A stretch of DNA of 39,751 nt. Source: Pseudovirgaria hyperparasitica (Eukaryota). The first letter of the stretch is position 1. Each line of letters opens with the position of its first letter. The position numbers and the translations under genes are program-made. Where the stretch lies: NCBI GenBank assembly GCA_010093815.1, contig ML996605.1; one strand, written 5' to 3'. Positions 1 through 13,193 of the stretch are shown here, one piece after another. The notes under the pieces were generated by a model that was given only the letters and a program-made list of their open reading frames with translations, made no database searches and was not told where the DNA came from.

Positions 1-3000
1 ATAATAGGTACCCTATTAACTAAGAAGTACCCGGTAAGAGATAGATTAATATAAAAATAGTCCTTAATCGAAGAACTAAACCCTTTCTTCTATATACTTA
101 ATAATAGATCTAAGGTCTAAGGAGGTATAGGGCTAAGGCCTAAGAAGGTATAGGGCTAAATTAAAGTAGATACACGGATAGTAAGTCTAGTAGAATTTCG
201 CTAGACTTACTATACGAATATATATATTAAGTCTAAGTAGCCTAGCTTATAGAGAGTACTATATACGGCGGCGATAGAGGCTACTACCGTCCTATAATAA
301 TAATTATTACTACTAGAGTAATAATAGATACTACTATATTAGGAAGCTATTCTTAGATAGATAGCTATCTACCTAGTACTAGGGGGATATAGATATAAAA
401 GGAGCTACTAACGTAGGAATTAAACTATCTTCTATAAATAACCTATAATAGATTTAATAGATAGATCCTTTTAATAGAAGGTATACGCGCTATAATCTAA
501 TAGTAGATATTAAGTCTAGTCGCTAAGGCCTATATTAAAGGGCGTTATATACGATAATAAGTATTACTATAAGCTAATAGTAATTACTACTATAATAACT
601 AGGCATAGAAGAGTAGCTTTATTAAGGGTTTTCTAGAAAGCTAGTAGGAATAAGCCGGATAATACTTACTTATAAGTGGTCCACGGCTAGGGCGGGCTTT
701 AGTAATAAATAAGCGGAGGGAGAGAGTAATATTAAGGGTAGACCCTAGGTATACTTAATGCTAGCGTACTACGCCTAACGCTACTACTCTCTCCTTACTT
801 AATAAAGCTAAATAAGCCTCTTTTTAATAGTATACTCTATCCCTTATCTTAAGGAAGCCGAGTAGACTCCGGCTTCCTCCCTTATTAAACTTACTATATT
901 CTATAAATACTCTTACGTCTATGTATACGTCGTATTCCTATAATACTACCCTAGTAAGATATAGACGGACTCTAATTATAAATATATAGAGACTATAATA
1001 GATATATCTATATCTAATAAATAATAGAGAAGATAACTATAGAAAGATACTAACTAGGAGAAGTATAGGGAGGACCTAGAATTAGTAATTCTAGATCTCT
1101 CTATAGTTAATATATCTAATAGTCTAGCTATAGATAGAGCTATATAAGTCCTTCTTTAAGCCTTCTAAAACTTAAGAGATAAATACGTACTATACTAAAT
1201 ATATAAGCCTCTAGATATAAGAGATATACCTTAAATATATAAAAGTAGAAGGAAAGCCTAGAGACTATATACACGTGTATACTATATCTAGATAACTAAG
1301 GTATAGAAGAAATAGAAAGAGATAATCCGATCTCGTAATAGAACCCTCTATAATAAATAATATAAATAATAGTATATAATTACTAATAAATATATATAAT
1401 AGGCTATAGGGCTATAGTATATAGTAAAGTAGGCTAAGAGCGTGGATATACCGACGCTACTACTACTAATACCTTCTCTAATATACTAGAGGAGAATATA
1501 TACTATAAGCCCTAAAAAAATAGAAATTCTCTAAGAAGTTATATTTCTCCCTCTAGAGCTAGTAGACCTATTAGATATTAATAATAATATATATCTAGAC
1601 GCGGTTAATATCTCTATAGAGATTATAGAAGAGAATATACTTAATACTATTAAAGTACTCCTAAATAATAAAGTATCTAGACTAGATAGAATACTAAATA
1701 GATACCTTAAATATACTATATAGATAACCTTACTACTTATTAGTCTTATCTTCTAGATATATACTAAGAACGGGTACTACCCCTAAAGCTTCTAGACTAT
1801 CTATACTATTATACTTCTAAAGCTAGGGAAGAACTCTAACTCCCTAAAAGGATAGAGACTAATTACTCTTCTCTTCTATCTTAGTAAGATACTTAAGACT
1901 ATAATTATAAAGAAGATAAATACTATAATATAAGAATATAATCTCCTTCTAGCGAACTAGAAGGCGAAGATTAGAAGCTCCCTAATTACTACTATCTAAT
2001 ATATTCTTAAAGTTATCTAGACTATATAGAAGTAGGGACGCGTAGTAATATTACTCTCTCTTAATATAGCTAGTATATTTAATAAGATAAACTATATAAG
2101 ACTTATCTATAACCTACGGAAGAGATATATATCTAAATAGATTATAAAGTTTATATAGTCCTTTCTCGCTAAAAGAATTACCTAGATATATATCTCTAGA
2201 TATTAAAGTAAGTATAGAAAGATAATATATAGTATTCTATAAGGAAGTACTATCTCTCTAATTCTCTTTCTCTTCTTTACTATAGACCTTCTATAGAGGA
2301 TATAATATATAGAGATAGTAGAATACGCTAATAATATATACCTTCTAGCTATTAATAATAATACTAGTTTAATATATAAATATATTAAATAAGACTATAA
2401 GAGATATATCTAGTAGATAAAGTACTATAGAGTAAAGTTTACTCTAGAGAAATACTAACTTATATACTTTATTAACTACTATAGAAGATAGACTACTAAA
2501 GAGGGAGAGTAATATTCTAGAATAGATACTTTTACTAAACTACTAATATAGAGTATATATATACTTAGTATTATAATTAATAATAAACTTAAATAGGGTC
2601 TATAGATTATATATATAGTATCTAGGGCCCTTAAGATAGAAGCTACTATATACTAGATTACGGCCTCTATATAGAGAACTATCTAGAATAAGGCGCGCTA
2701 GCTATACGTCTCTATAATACGACCCGCCTTTATATATAGATATAAGTACTAGTATATAGCCCTTATATAGACTAGATAAATAAAGCTTAAGTCTATATAG
2801 AACTATATACTCTATCTTATATCTAGTATATATAAAGCTACTAATATAGTACTACTGTAATATAAGATAAATATAATAAGTATATAGAACTTCTACTAGA
2901 TATAGAGGGTAATATACTTTACTAAATAATAAGTATAGAAATATATAGGACACGCTGAATATACCTTTACTATACTATATATATAAGTTAGTACCTACTA

Positions 3001-3898
3001 TTAAGTACTACTATATATAGACTAGACTTAACTATAGTATAAGAGTCTAATAGAGATAGACTTAAACTAAATTATATAAGAGATTAGAGATAACCTAGAT
3101 ATCTTTCTAGACTATTAGAACCCTTAGAAGCTTATATAGACTATATAGTTATAGACCTAGAATAAATAGAAAGAAGTTCTCTAGATCTATTAGATATCTA
3201 GAATAGATTTAGAGACTATAGAAGAAACTAAGTAGATAGATATATAAAGGGCTTATAAAAGCCTAAGTATCTATCCTCCTCTAAGCCTAAATAGAAGCTA
3301 TAGAACTTCTATACTATCTATATTAGAGGGGCGTTCTAGATATATCTCTATAGTATAAAGTATATAGCTAAAGAGATATAATATAGTATTATCTTATAAT
3401 ATATCCGGACCTCTATATATAGAGATAATTACTTATCTATATAATAAGGACCTCTAATATTATATAGTAGCTTAATAAGTACTCTAAGAATATTACCCGG
3501 TAGATACTTATATATCTCTCTCTTCCTTAATACTAATAGACCTAGATATATATACTAGAAGTAACTAGATATATACTAGATAGACCCTAGTATATACCGG
3601 AAGAACCCCGGGAGAACCCTAATTATTAGTTAAAGATAACCCTTAACTAATAACCCCTATACTCTATACATGCTACCTAAGGATAAAATAATAGTACTAT
3701 AGATTATAGGCCTATAGATATTTCTAATAGCTATATACTTAAGATAATATAAAGGTTTAATAAGATATAGTTATAGAGAGAAGGGAGTTTTTCCTTTTAT
3801 AAAGGTTTCTTCTTATATAATAGCTTAGACTAGAGAAGGTATATATCTATAGAGTAAACTACTCTACCTAGTTATATAATAATATTATTATTATTATA
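1..3898 (+). mobile_element. RIP-degraded non-LTR retrotransposon (LINE, Tad1-like); 5' end probably outside the window
   Basis: Very AT/TpA-rich with no long ORFs. Reversing CA>TA and TG>TA recovers RT motifs on +: ~1670 KAPGPDGIPN, ~2045-2125 LLSLDIAGAFDKVNH..L.HNLRKR, ~2230-2290 GIPQGS.ISPILFLFF..DL, ~2323 YADD (tacgctaataat). Ends in an (ATT)n tail at ~3880-3898. Confidence 0.85.
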
Positions 3899-5668
3899 TG
3901 TTATAATTACTTTATAAACTTATAGAGTATAATAGCGTAATAAACTCTATATACTTCTAAGCCCTAAACTATAATTTAGTCTATTATAGGGTTTCATTGT
4001 ATATAGAAGTTTAATATATATTTTTTCTATAGACTATTAGCTAAGAACTTTCTAAGAATTTCTAAAGATGTTTCTCTTATCTCTTAAAAGAGTTAATAAA
4101 GATAAGATAAAGATATGGTAGAATTAAGATATATCTATATATCGATAACACTTACTTTTTATAGTTCTATATCTCTATTTATAAGCGAATAAGTAAGGAG
4201 AGCTCTAGTTAGGAAAATGAAGTATGAACACGCGTGCACGAGTGCTAAGAGAGTTAAGCTCCAGATACGATGGACAATTATCGCTCTAATCTTGATAGTT
4301 ACAACTACTACGTGAAGTAGCTTTTATGGACGGAATTGTACCCAGGTAGGAGGAGAGCCAAATACGTGAATGTGCAACATTCTTGGTGGCAATATTCATG
4401 GCCTGGCTTCTGCAATTAAAGATTATAAATATTTTTCTTTGGTTGTTAGTGAACGTGGAATCGGCTTCAGCCAAGTATTTGCCAACATGACCACGTCGAT
4501 GTGATTGCGTTCTATACAGCACATTTTGGCTACGTCAATATCTTAACACCGTCGTTGTGGGGCTTATCAGCAGTGGCTGGAATAGCAATCTGCAGAACAG
4601 TCGTGTTCGAGAGTAAGGTCGAGGATGTTAATCTTCTTGTTCGTCGCTGCTTTGTCTACAGTCTGTGGTGTTATCCCTTAGACTTCCAAGATTAGGAACG
4701 GTGCATTGTTATGATTATAGTAGACTAAACCAATGGGATAGAGCAATATGTCTGCGATAGTATATTGATTCTTGCCATGGCCATGCCATATATACAGCGA
4801 AAGGACGCACCATCTTGACGAACGTAAGTAAAGTGATACTCACTTATGCCCTGGTCTGGTTCGGCAAATCTTGTGTGCGGATAAATGCTCGATTTACATA
4901 GCCGAACGAGGCTGGGGACACAGGATATCAAAGGTGATCTGTGTTATAGTCTTCATGCTAGCCTATCCAAAGAAAGATCTCGAGCTGTAATGCATCTTGT
5001 ATTGACCGATTGATTGCCATGATGCTTGTATTAAACGATGCGGTGAAATTAGTGCAACCTCAAGAGTAACCAGGATTTGAAAAAGCCGATCATCGACCCG
5101 TCCGCAGGCAGTACTTCATAAATATTAGCAAAAGACGAGCAGAATGATACATATGATGGAATAGATAAGAGCTGATCCAGAGAACAGAAAATAGTATCGA
5201 AGAATAATGATAGGCCTTTTCTTTCTCCGCGACCATTTTCGTAAGTTCAAAATTTCCAGGTAAAGTACGAAGCAGTCGGAGAATGTCATAATATCCCCGT
5301 CAATTATGATGAAAGGCTACTGTTGCTTTGATATTATTTCAATGAGATCCATGATCTATGTTAGGCACTCGCCATTGGGTAGAGACGTGCGTGGGGGCAT
5401 TCGATGGCCAAACTCCTCTAGTTTCGGAGACAATGTTGCCACTTAGCAAAGGTTGATGACAATCGTTGCTATGATTCAATCGGATCATATTCACTTCTCG
5501 AGTGCTCGAAGCGTTCTTCGAACATTAGGCATCAAGCATCCCCTACCTGGGTTATTTGGTCTCTCTAAGCTTCACCTGCGTCTTCAACTGTCGTGTATCC
5601 GTTATTACCCTTAACATATGGTGGTCTATGTACCATCAGCCTCGTCCTCTAGGCATTGTAATCAGAAC

Positions 5669-6388
5669 CTACAACAACCAATTCTTCACTCCAACTATCG
5701 CCGCTGTCCCGGCGGCAAATCCACCTAGCGTCCTCCCCCAACCTGGATCGACTACACTTTGCCCAACACTTAGCGCAATCAGGTCGTACACCAAACATCC
5801 CCCAAAGATCCAATCGCTGCAAACCGCAGCCCCCGCAAAGCCCAGTCCGGTAAGAACTTTGATCGCTGTACTCGCAGGCTGATTGACGAAATATGCGGCG
5901 GAAGTGTTGTGTAAAAGGTCAAGTACGCCGATGCCAGCAAAGGTTTTGCTCACAATATGCGTCAACATAGAATTGTAACTGGACGTACGCATGGGTTTGA
6001 GCCTAGTGGCCATATAGCCGACCTGCGCGAGCGTATTGATGATAACAAACACGTTCGCTGTGCCTAGCATTTCTTTATTCCAGAACAACATCCAAGTACC
6101 AATACACACATTCCCTAGCGCATAGACGGCCGCAAAATCACTCATTTCGGCTAGTTCTTCTTTTGTGCCCTTGGCAAAGTACAGGCGGTACAGCCATACG
6201 AGCTGGAATAATTGCTGGGGAAAGAAGAAGCCTGCAATGAAGAAGGGCTGTGGGGAGAAGAAGGAGATGTTGCGGTCGTGTATAGTTTTCATATTAGGTG
6301 TGGAGAGCATGCCGTATTGCTGAAGGGCGAAGTCGTACAAGAATGAAAGAGGGGCGAGAACACGGGCAGTTGAGTGTGGAACGCCCAT
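5669..6388 (-). CDS. Conserved fungal multi-pass membrane protein (uncharacterised)
   Basis: ORF 5669..6595, with the likely start MGVPHSTARV at 6388. It has several hydrophobic helices and SPQPFFIAGFFFPQQ / YALGNVCIGTW segments. Single exon. Confidence 0.75.
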   Translation of the reverse strand: MGVPHSTARVLAPLSFLYDFALQQYGMLSTPNMKTIHDRNISFFSPQPFFIAGFFFPQQLFQLVWLYRLYFAKGTKEELAEMSDFAAVYALGNVCIGTWMLFWNKEMLGTANVFVIINTLAQVGYMATRLKPMRTSSYNSMLTHIVSKTFAGIGVLDLLHNTSAAYFVNQPASTAIKVLTGLGFAGAAVCSDWIFGGCLVYDLIALSVGQSVVDPGWGRTLGGFAAGTAAIVGVKNWLL

Positions 6389-7032
6389 CTTGGTGGTTTG
6401 GCCGTGATAAAGTGTGAGTGTATCTAATTTGCTGTGAACGTAGTGATGGCTATCGAGCTGAAGTCGAGTCGAGTGCAGATGGAGCAGGTGGGTCTTCAAT
6501 ATCGCTGGTAAGTTGTATAACTCTAAGGGATGGTTTATAATTATGTAAAAGGTCGAAGGGCCTCTAGATTTTTCATCATACTTACTGTGGTTCATATACG
6601 TGCGAAATTACCCATGGGCGCGAGTCGATGCATGTTTTATGTGCGAAACACGACGTCATGACAATTTGCGGACGTAGGACTTAGAGAGAGTCGTGTGCGT
6701 CATAGGACCCTGAAGGTAACTGAAGTTCCATGCCAGCACTCAGCCTGCGGCGAGTGTTTTAGAATAGGATCTAAAAAGGAAATAAATTATTTGTGAATAG
6801 AGGGAATTCCAAAAGCTAACCAAACAAGTCTATCATTTTTCCATGGCGCCATCGCGGTTCGCTCTTCCAACCCAGGTGATAGCTAAAGCTACGACCACTC
6901 GTAATACATGTGTACAATAGCCTGAGGCATGAACTGAGACAACGAGTATATCCGTGAAGAAATATACAAGCGTTGGAGTTCGTCAGCTGAAATCGCGTCT
7001 ATATCTGTACATGCGATGCCAACATGTGAATT

Positions 7033-8971
7033 TTACTCCCGCGATACATCGCGGCCGAAGATCTTGCTCTTGGTCCAGTCAAGGAGAACCAGGATACGAT
7101 TGCGGGTGCTGAAGCACATTGAAAGGTAAGCAGAGCGCCCTACGATATCGTCAGCAACCTAGTGAAGTCATTGTGGGAGGGGTTACACGTACAGAAGAAG
7201 TAGGTCAAGGTTCCACCAGACGCGATGTTGCCCGCCAGCCAGCTTATATCAGCAACGGCCTTCTCGCTACCAATATAGGCCAAGCTTCCTTGGTGAGAGT
7301 ACTCAAAAGGGCCCATCTGTTTGACGCGCCGTAGCCGCTTCTGGAGCTCCTTCATGTCTGCGAAGATAGCATTGCGCTGCTCGCCGTTGGGAACCTTATC
7401 TTGTTTATCAGATAACGTCTTCAGTTCAGTCTCAATCTCCTCGGTCTTAGCCATTTGATTGAAAAGACGAGCCAGGAAAGCACCTTCCTGAGCAGCTACC
7501 TGAGCGGTTGGAGCATAGTTTGCGATAGCGCAGTCACCCACAGCCCAAATGTTTTCCGTACCCTTGACGACAAGATATTCATTGACAGCAAGACCTCTGC
7601 GGGAGTCTTTCTGAGCGGGGATCTGTTGCATGAGATCCTTGACAACTGGGCGGAGAGCGTTACCGGTAGCCCAAACGAGTAAGCCGTAAGGAATCTTTTC
7701 GAGCTTCTTTTTGCCGTCGGGGCCAGTTGATTCAGCCTCAATATACTTATCAGTTACGTTTTTGACCATAGTCTTAGTCCGGATCGTGATGGTTTCCTCC
7801 TTGAAAGTCTTTTCAGTGTAGTCGATCAGCTGCTTGGAAAACATGGGGAGCACCTATGATCATGTTAACACTAACTCTGAAGAAAATTTACAATATACGC
7901 ACGTTGGGCAGAGCTTCAACTAGTGTGACATGGAAGTTCTCTGTGATATCTGGAATCCACTTCTTGAGGTCTGATTCGAAAAAGTCCTGAAGTTCTCCAG
8001 CGAATTCTACACCGGTGGGACCACCGCCGACCACGACCATATGGAGTAATCGCTGTACTTCTTCGGCCGATTGATCCTTGAAGGTCGCTGTCTCGCAACA
8101 ATCCATGATGCGCTTTCGGATCTTCTGAGCATCACCTACCTCCTTCAAAAATAGGCCATTCTCCCGGACACCAGGAATACCTGGTCATCAAGTTAGTATG
8201 CGAACTCTACCGTAGATTAGAGTAAAACGACGTACCAAATGTAGCATTCTCTGCACCAACGCCGACGACGAGCATGTCGAATGGAATCTCCGTGCTTGAT
8301 ACATCTCCCTTTATCTCGGAATCGTCATTGACATAGATCACTTTCTTCTGATAGTCAATTTTTGTCGCCTCAGCTTCATAGTATTTGACAGCGGATTTCT
8401 TGTGGCGCAGAAAGTTACGGATGGGTTCCATGATAGAGCGATGCTCGATAGTTCCAGTAGTGCATGACGGGAGCAGGGGCGTGAAGAGAAAGTAGTTTCG
8501 GGGTGAAACGACGATGACATTGTAATTTTCGGTATCCAGCTTCTTGAGCAGGGAAACAGAGCCCCATCCGGTGCCTATCATTTGTCAATCGTGGCATTGC
8601 GTAAAGTAGTCACATATGCGTCTCAACTTACCTAGTATAACAAGAGTCTTCTTACTCGGATCCGGTTCTGGCTGGTCAGGAGGAGAGCGCATCTCATAGA
8701 TGCCATACCCAACGTATGCAAGACCTCCTAGGGCAGAGAGGTAGGTAATTCGCCATGTCCAGCGGAGGAATCTGAAGCCTTTTCCCTTTGGCTTGGGAGC
8801 AGCGTCCGCATAACTGCGGCGGAACTGTTGGCGGAGGAGAACATTGTTGAACTGTGGCCTCGGAGCACCTCGAGCTCTTGTGATATTCGACTTGGTCGTG
8901 ATCGAGGTGAAGTTGCGACGGCCTGCAGCGTGAAGTTGGCGCGTGACACCTGAAGATAACAAGTTCTTCAT
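7033..8971 (-). CDS. NDE1: Mitochondrial external alternative (type II) NADH:ubiquinone oxidoreductase; 5 exons (8971-8632, 8574-8236, 8180-7903, 7853-7193, 7139-7033)
   Basis: Arg-rich presequence, LVILGTGWG FAD motif, SPRNYFLFTPLLPS, VVVGGGPTGVEFAGE NADH motif, AVGDC, and C-terminal WRSAYLSMCFSTRNR...GRDVSRE. Four GT-AG introns join the ORF fragments in frame. Confidence 0.95.
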
Positions 8972-9756
8972 AGCTGTAGCTGATATCGGATGACCGAATG
9001 ATCGAATATGAAAGATGTGTGACGAATAGGTGAACAAGGCAGAAGGAAAAGCGCAATGCAACCTCGAATGAGATTGCGTGAAGGAATGGAGAGTCAATCA
9101 ATAGTCAGGGAGTGAAACAGCACTGTCAAGCGTATAACATGATGCTGCTGATGATGATGCTGATGGAAAAAAGCTTGCGCTCGAAAAAAAAGTGAACGGT
9201 CGTCGGGATTATCAGGCAAGGATTAAATTAGCTGTATCGGGCAAAATTAGCAAGCCGCCGCCCCCTGCGCCTGCAATGTAATGGATAGCTAGGTAGAGGG
9301 TACCTTAGGCGGCCGCGTACCTCACTACCTCCCGAGCAAGCCACCCCTCCAAAGCACTTTGCTACTCTTTTGATACTGGCATTTCCCATCCTAACAGATA
9401 AGCTGACGAATCATTGCGTCATCCCTCATATATTTCATGCCTTGAAGTAAGGTTGTTTGGCACGTTTACTTAGTCCGTTGACCTAGGCAGGGGCTTAGAG
9501 AATGACAGCTAACTGCTTTTGCTCTGAATTTTAGCTTGTGAGTCTGAAATGATCACGAAGAATGGCATTATCGCTGCACTTGATAAGTCAGATCAGATCC
9601 TCCACACGTAGACATCATGCAATTGCCCGTGGGTACTCAAGAACCTTTGGAACCCTGGAGCATTCGTGTAGCAACTAGTCCTATTGACAGCTTGTAATGG
9701 TATCTTAGAATATTTCCCCAGAGGGCGCCGTACGTCTTTTCCCCCACACAGAGGCA

Positions 9757-11229
9757 TTAGTCAATGAGCATTGTGTCGTCGCCTCCATTGCCCATTTGTG
9801 GCTCAGCAATAACACCTCTACCCCTCCCAGCAAGCAATTCTCGTCTGATTTCAGGACCAATAGCGGAATGCCCTTTAGCCAGAAGCAGGTCCAACAGCGC
9901 CTCCCTCTGATCTTCCGTTATATCATTCTTGAATCGCTCGGAGAACGCAAGTAAACACTGATGCCATATTACGGGGAGTTTTCCTTGAGGCATGACTTTC
10001 CGACCGTTAGGTCCTCTCACCCCAGTCATTTCTTCCACTCCGTCGCCAGTGGTTGGGTCTGCAGCCTTGAAGCGAAGGAAGTGGAATACCAGTGCGTCAA
10101 CAACAGCCCATGGAAGAGCATATTTCTTCTCGAGTAGCGCTTTAATACAGATGTTTGTAGGCCCGGCGGAGTCGAGGTCGACGGCCATCTGGTCGGCGGC
10201 GATGTCGCATAATCGATTCAAAGCAGCCGCCGAGTGAAGGACCGGAATCTTCACTCTCGACATAATCGAAGCCATTGTTCGTGCTTCTTTCTGAGTAGGA
10301 GCGCTCGTTAGCATTGGGAAGAGTATCCCCTTGAAAAATGCAGAAGGTTTGTACATCGATCTCTTCACAGCATCGTAGAGGTGTACGTTTGCCTTGGCGT
10401 TTTCATAGATGTCCTGACGCACGCGGGGAAGGAGAATCCAGTTGAGAAATTCTTGAACAACTTCTGGCTTCTGGCTCACGAACAGCTTAGTGGCGGCGAG
10501 CATGGCATTAGGTGTCCATTCATCAGGCCTCGTTATCGAGACATAGGTCTGCCAGTCTGCAAGCGTAGGCAAGACTTTGAATATCTTCGGGAGCTTGCCG
10601 GACTTGTATCGTGATAGAAGCATGCCTACTTTAGTGAATGCTTCTACAGCTTTCGCGGGAATCTCAACAGCGTCCGGAGGTATGATTTCTCTTTTCTGGG
10701 CAGGACTGTCGTTCCCAGCCTCAAAAGCTGCAATCTTCTCTAATATGAGTGCTGTCAGATCTGTGCCTTGCTCATCTTGCCCCTCACTTCGTCCGCCTCC
10801 TAGCAATGGATCGTCGTTCTGTGGGTTGAACCGATTGAACACGTCCAGGTCGGTGGGATCTATTTCGTCTTGTATTACAACTTCTTCCTCTTCATCTGCC
10901 CATACCTCATCATCATCATCGTCGAACTGCAAAGGGTTTGTTTCTCCCTCTGCGCCCGGATCTCGTGAGTTGAGATTGAAGGCGGGGTTAGGGCCTTCAA
11001 TTGTATGTGTTTGTCTCTCCGCCGATTCTTCGTCCACGAGCTCTTGTCCGATCTGTAGAATCTTCCGGGAAGACCTGGAATCTACAAAGCTCTCATCATC
11101 CACATCACTCCGTTGCTTTCTTTTCTTCTCTTTCTTTTGCTTCAGTGGGCTAGAAGGAGAGTAGTCTTCACCCAGAGGATTGTGCCGGAGCGCTTGGCGC
11201 TGATCGAGGGATATTGAAGCTTTGGGCAT
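9757..11229 (-). CDS. ENP1: Bystin / Enp1, 40S ribosome biogenesis factor
   Basis: 490-aa single-exon ORF with bystin motifs SRKIL, LSRYKSGKLPKIFK, YKPSAFFKG, IPVLHSAAAL, KKYALP, LPVIWHQCLLAF and IGPEIRREL. Confidence 0.95.
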   Translation of the reverse strand: MPKASISLDQRQALRHNPLGEDYSPSSPLKQKKEKKRKQRSDVDDESFVDSRSSRKILQIGQELVDEESAERQTHTIEGPNPAFNLNSRDPGAEGETNPLQFDDDDDEVWADEEEEVVIQDEIDPTDLDVFNRFNPQNDDPLLGGGRSEGQDEQGTDLTALILEKIAAFEAGNDSPAQKREIIPPDAVEIPAKAVEAFTKVGMLLSRYKSGKLPKIFKVLPTLADWQTYVSITRPDEWTPNAMLAATKLFVSQKPEVVQEFLNWILLPRVRQDIYENAKANVHLYDAVKRSMYKPSAFFKGILFPMLTSAPTQKEARTMASIMSRVKIPVLHSAAALNRLCDIAADQMAVDLDSAGPTNICIKALLEKKYALPWAVVDALVFHFLRFKAADPTTGDGVEEMTGVRGPNGRKVMPQGKLPVIWHQCLLAFSERFKNDITEDQREALLDLLLAKGHSAIGPEIRRELLAGRGRGVIAEPQMGNGGDDTMLID

Positions 11230-11440
11230 AATTATTGGTGTTGTGCAAGTATTAAGTCAGTGTTGCGCCTGCTAGATTAAATTCTGATCTTCTAGTGAGA
11301 ATGAATGCTTGAATGCGGGCAAAAATAAAAATTTGTGGGGCAGAGTGCAAGCCTTAAGTTGGGACCTCAATTGTGCGGAGCTTACCTCACCTCCGTTTCT
11401 TATGTCCAAATCACAATTAGTATCCAGCAGCGTTGCAACC
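11230..11440. promoter_or_regulatory. Compact bidirectional promoter between ENP1 and BRE2
   Basis: Head-to-head start codons only 211 bp apart. Contains AAAATAAAAATTT at ~11321-11334 (RRPE-like; inference). Confidence 0.55.
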
Positions 11441-13193
11441 ATGACAGACAGTTCTCCGCGTTCTCGAGGTAGCACTCCGGTAGCTCCAGCTATACGAAAA
11501 GGTTTCGAAGAAGTACACGCGCCCACCGTCTCCTCTCCACTCAACCCAGATGCATCCAAGTCTCGACCGAAGCCTACACCACGAGAGCAGCGGGAGAAGA
11601 GGGATACCCTGAAGAAACGCGAAGCTACAGGTGGAGCTCGTGGAGCGACTCCAGATACCAAGGTGAAAGAGAAGCATATACCAAAGGCTGATTCACCCAT
11701 GCGCTACAACATCCCGGAGCCGAAACTAAGTGACTACGAACCTCATAGAGACCTTCCATTTGTGTCGAGAGAGCCTGTACCTCTGATGCTCTCTGATGGG
11801 CAGACTGAGCTTAGAAGAGTGGCTGACTTGTACGTGACCGTCGGTATTAACTGCGAGATTTACTGATAGACACAGGGCGTGGAATAAAAAAGGATATCGC
11901 TACACACCTTGCATAGCAGACCCACACTTTCGACATAAGCAGTTTTACAGACAGACTGAAAACAAACCTTACGGACCGCGAATGGGATTCGAGGACACAG
12001 ACAGGACCTTCTTGTTCGACGACACAGCAACAATCATGACCAACGAGAAAGGCTGGCGCCTGGGCCGGGGCAACATCGTTGCAAGAGAAGGTCGAATGTA
12101 TTACGAAGTCAGGATTTCCCGGGGCGTGCCCGCTGAAGGACCTCCAGTACCAGCAGGCCAAGAAAATGTTCCACAACCACACATCCGCATGGGATGGGCA
12201 CGCCGCGAAGCACCCCTCGATGCGCCGGTAGGCTATGACGGCTACAGCTACGGTATAACCGACATTCGATTCGAATCTGTACACCGCTCGCGCCCGACCA
12301 AGATTTACAACCACATCCCGAAAGGCAAGAAAGGTGTCAAGAATCGCAGTATGATTGGTAATCAATCCGTCGAATACGTCCCGGACGACCACGTGCGCGA
12401 AGGCGATGTCATTGGCCTTGAAATCTCCCTGCCCTCGATCTCTCTACACCAGAAAGTTGTGTCTGGTATCTACAACCCCGCCGTTGACAGCGACGATCCC
12501 TCGCAGTTTGAAACCGGGGCATTCGATATTATTCGTGACCGTATCCCTGTGCCGTACAAACACAGCATTATTTTTGAGCAACTTGAGTACCAATCTACGA
12601 AGTCAATAGAATCATACAGCGACCGCGGTCCTGTGCCCAAAATATTCCCGAACCCAAACCACGAGGATCCCGCGCTACGAAGCTTGCCCAACTCATCAAT
12701 CAAAGTGTATAAGAATGGCAAACTGGTTGGCATAGCATTCGAGAACCTTCTAGCATTTCTCCCGCCTGCATCAACACCACTTGTAGCCGCAGGTGCGCGC
12801 CCAGGGTTTGACGACGGCATGTTGGGCTATTTCCCCTGTATCGCAGCTTTCTGTGGTGGTATTGCGCAAGTAAATTTCGGGCCAAATTTCTGGTACCCCC
12901 CCCCTGAGTTGGCGTCGAGAGACGCAGACATGGGTGGCCTGGAGCCCTCCTCGGAAGCCTTCCCTTCACCCCAGTTGACTACACTACGACCACTGGGTGA
13001 TAGGTATAAGGAACAGATCGCCGAGGACATAGTGTGGGATATCATCGACGAAGTTGATTTCTTTGTGCAGGATGGCGGCTTTTCGTATGTTCCAACGAAC
13101 GCGGCACTGGATAATGCCACTAAGACAGCAGCGCCGAAAGCCAGGGGCATTGTGGACGGCGACGATGATAATTCGTTTGTAGGGAAGTTTTAG
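11441..13193 (+). CDS. BRE2: COMPASS/Set1C subunit Bre2/Ash2 (SPRY domain); intron 11830-11875
   Basis: NKKGYRY follows the intron; KGWRLGRGN..REGRMYYEV, HIRMGWARREAPLDAPVGYDGYSYG, VNFGPNF and the Sdc1-binding RYKEQIAEDIVWDIIDEVD. The GTACGT...CTGAT...CAG intron keeps the frame. Confidence 0.93.

Noticed and set aside
3640..3695. CTAATAA...TAAAA in the LINE 3' UTR could de-RIP to a hammerhead core (CTGATGA...GAAA)
   Set aside because: De-RIP is ambiguous. Stems I and III could not be built, and an alternative CCCTCAG/CTGAGGG pairing explains the flanks.
4250..5550. Short ORFs next to the left LINE
   Set aside because: No recognisable product. They may be a decayed gene, but this cannot be supported.
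8972..9097. Long N-terminal extensions in the ORF track (also 6389-6595, 16093-16290, 24913-25179)
   Set aside because: They often start at non-ATG codons, and downstream ATGs fit the family N-termini better.
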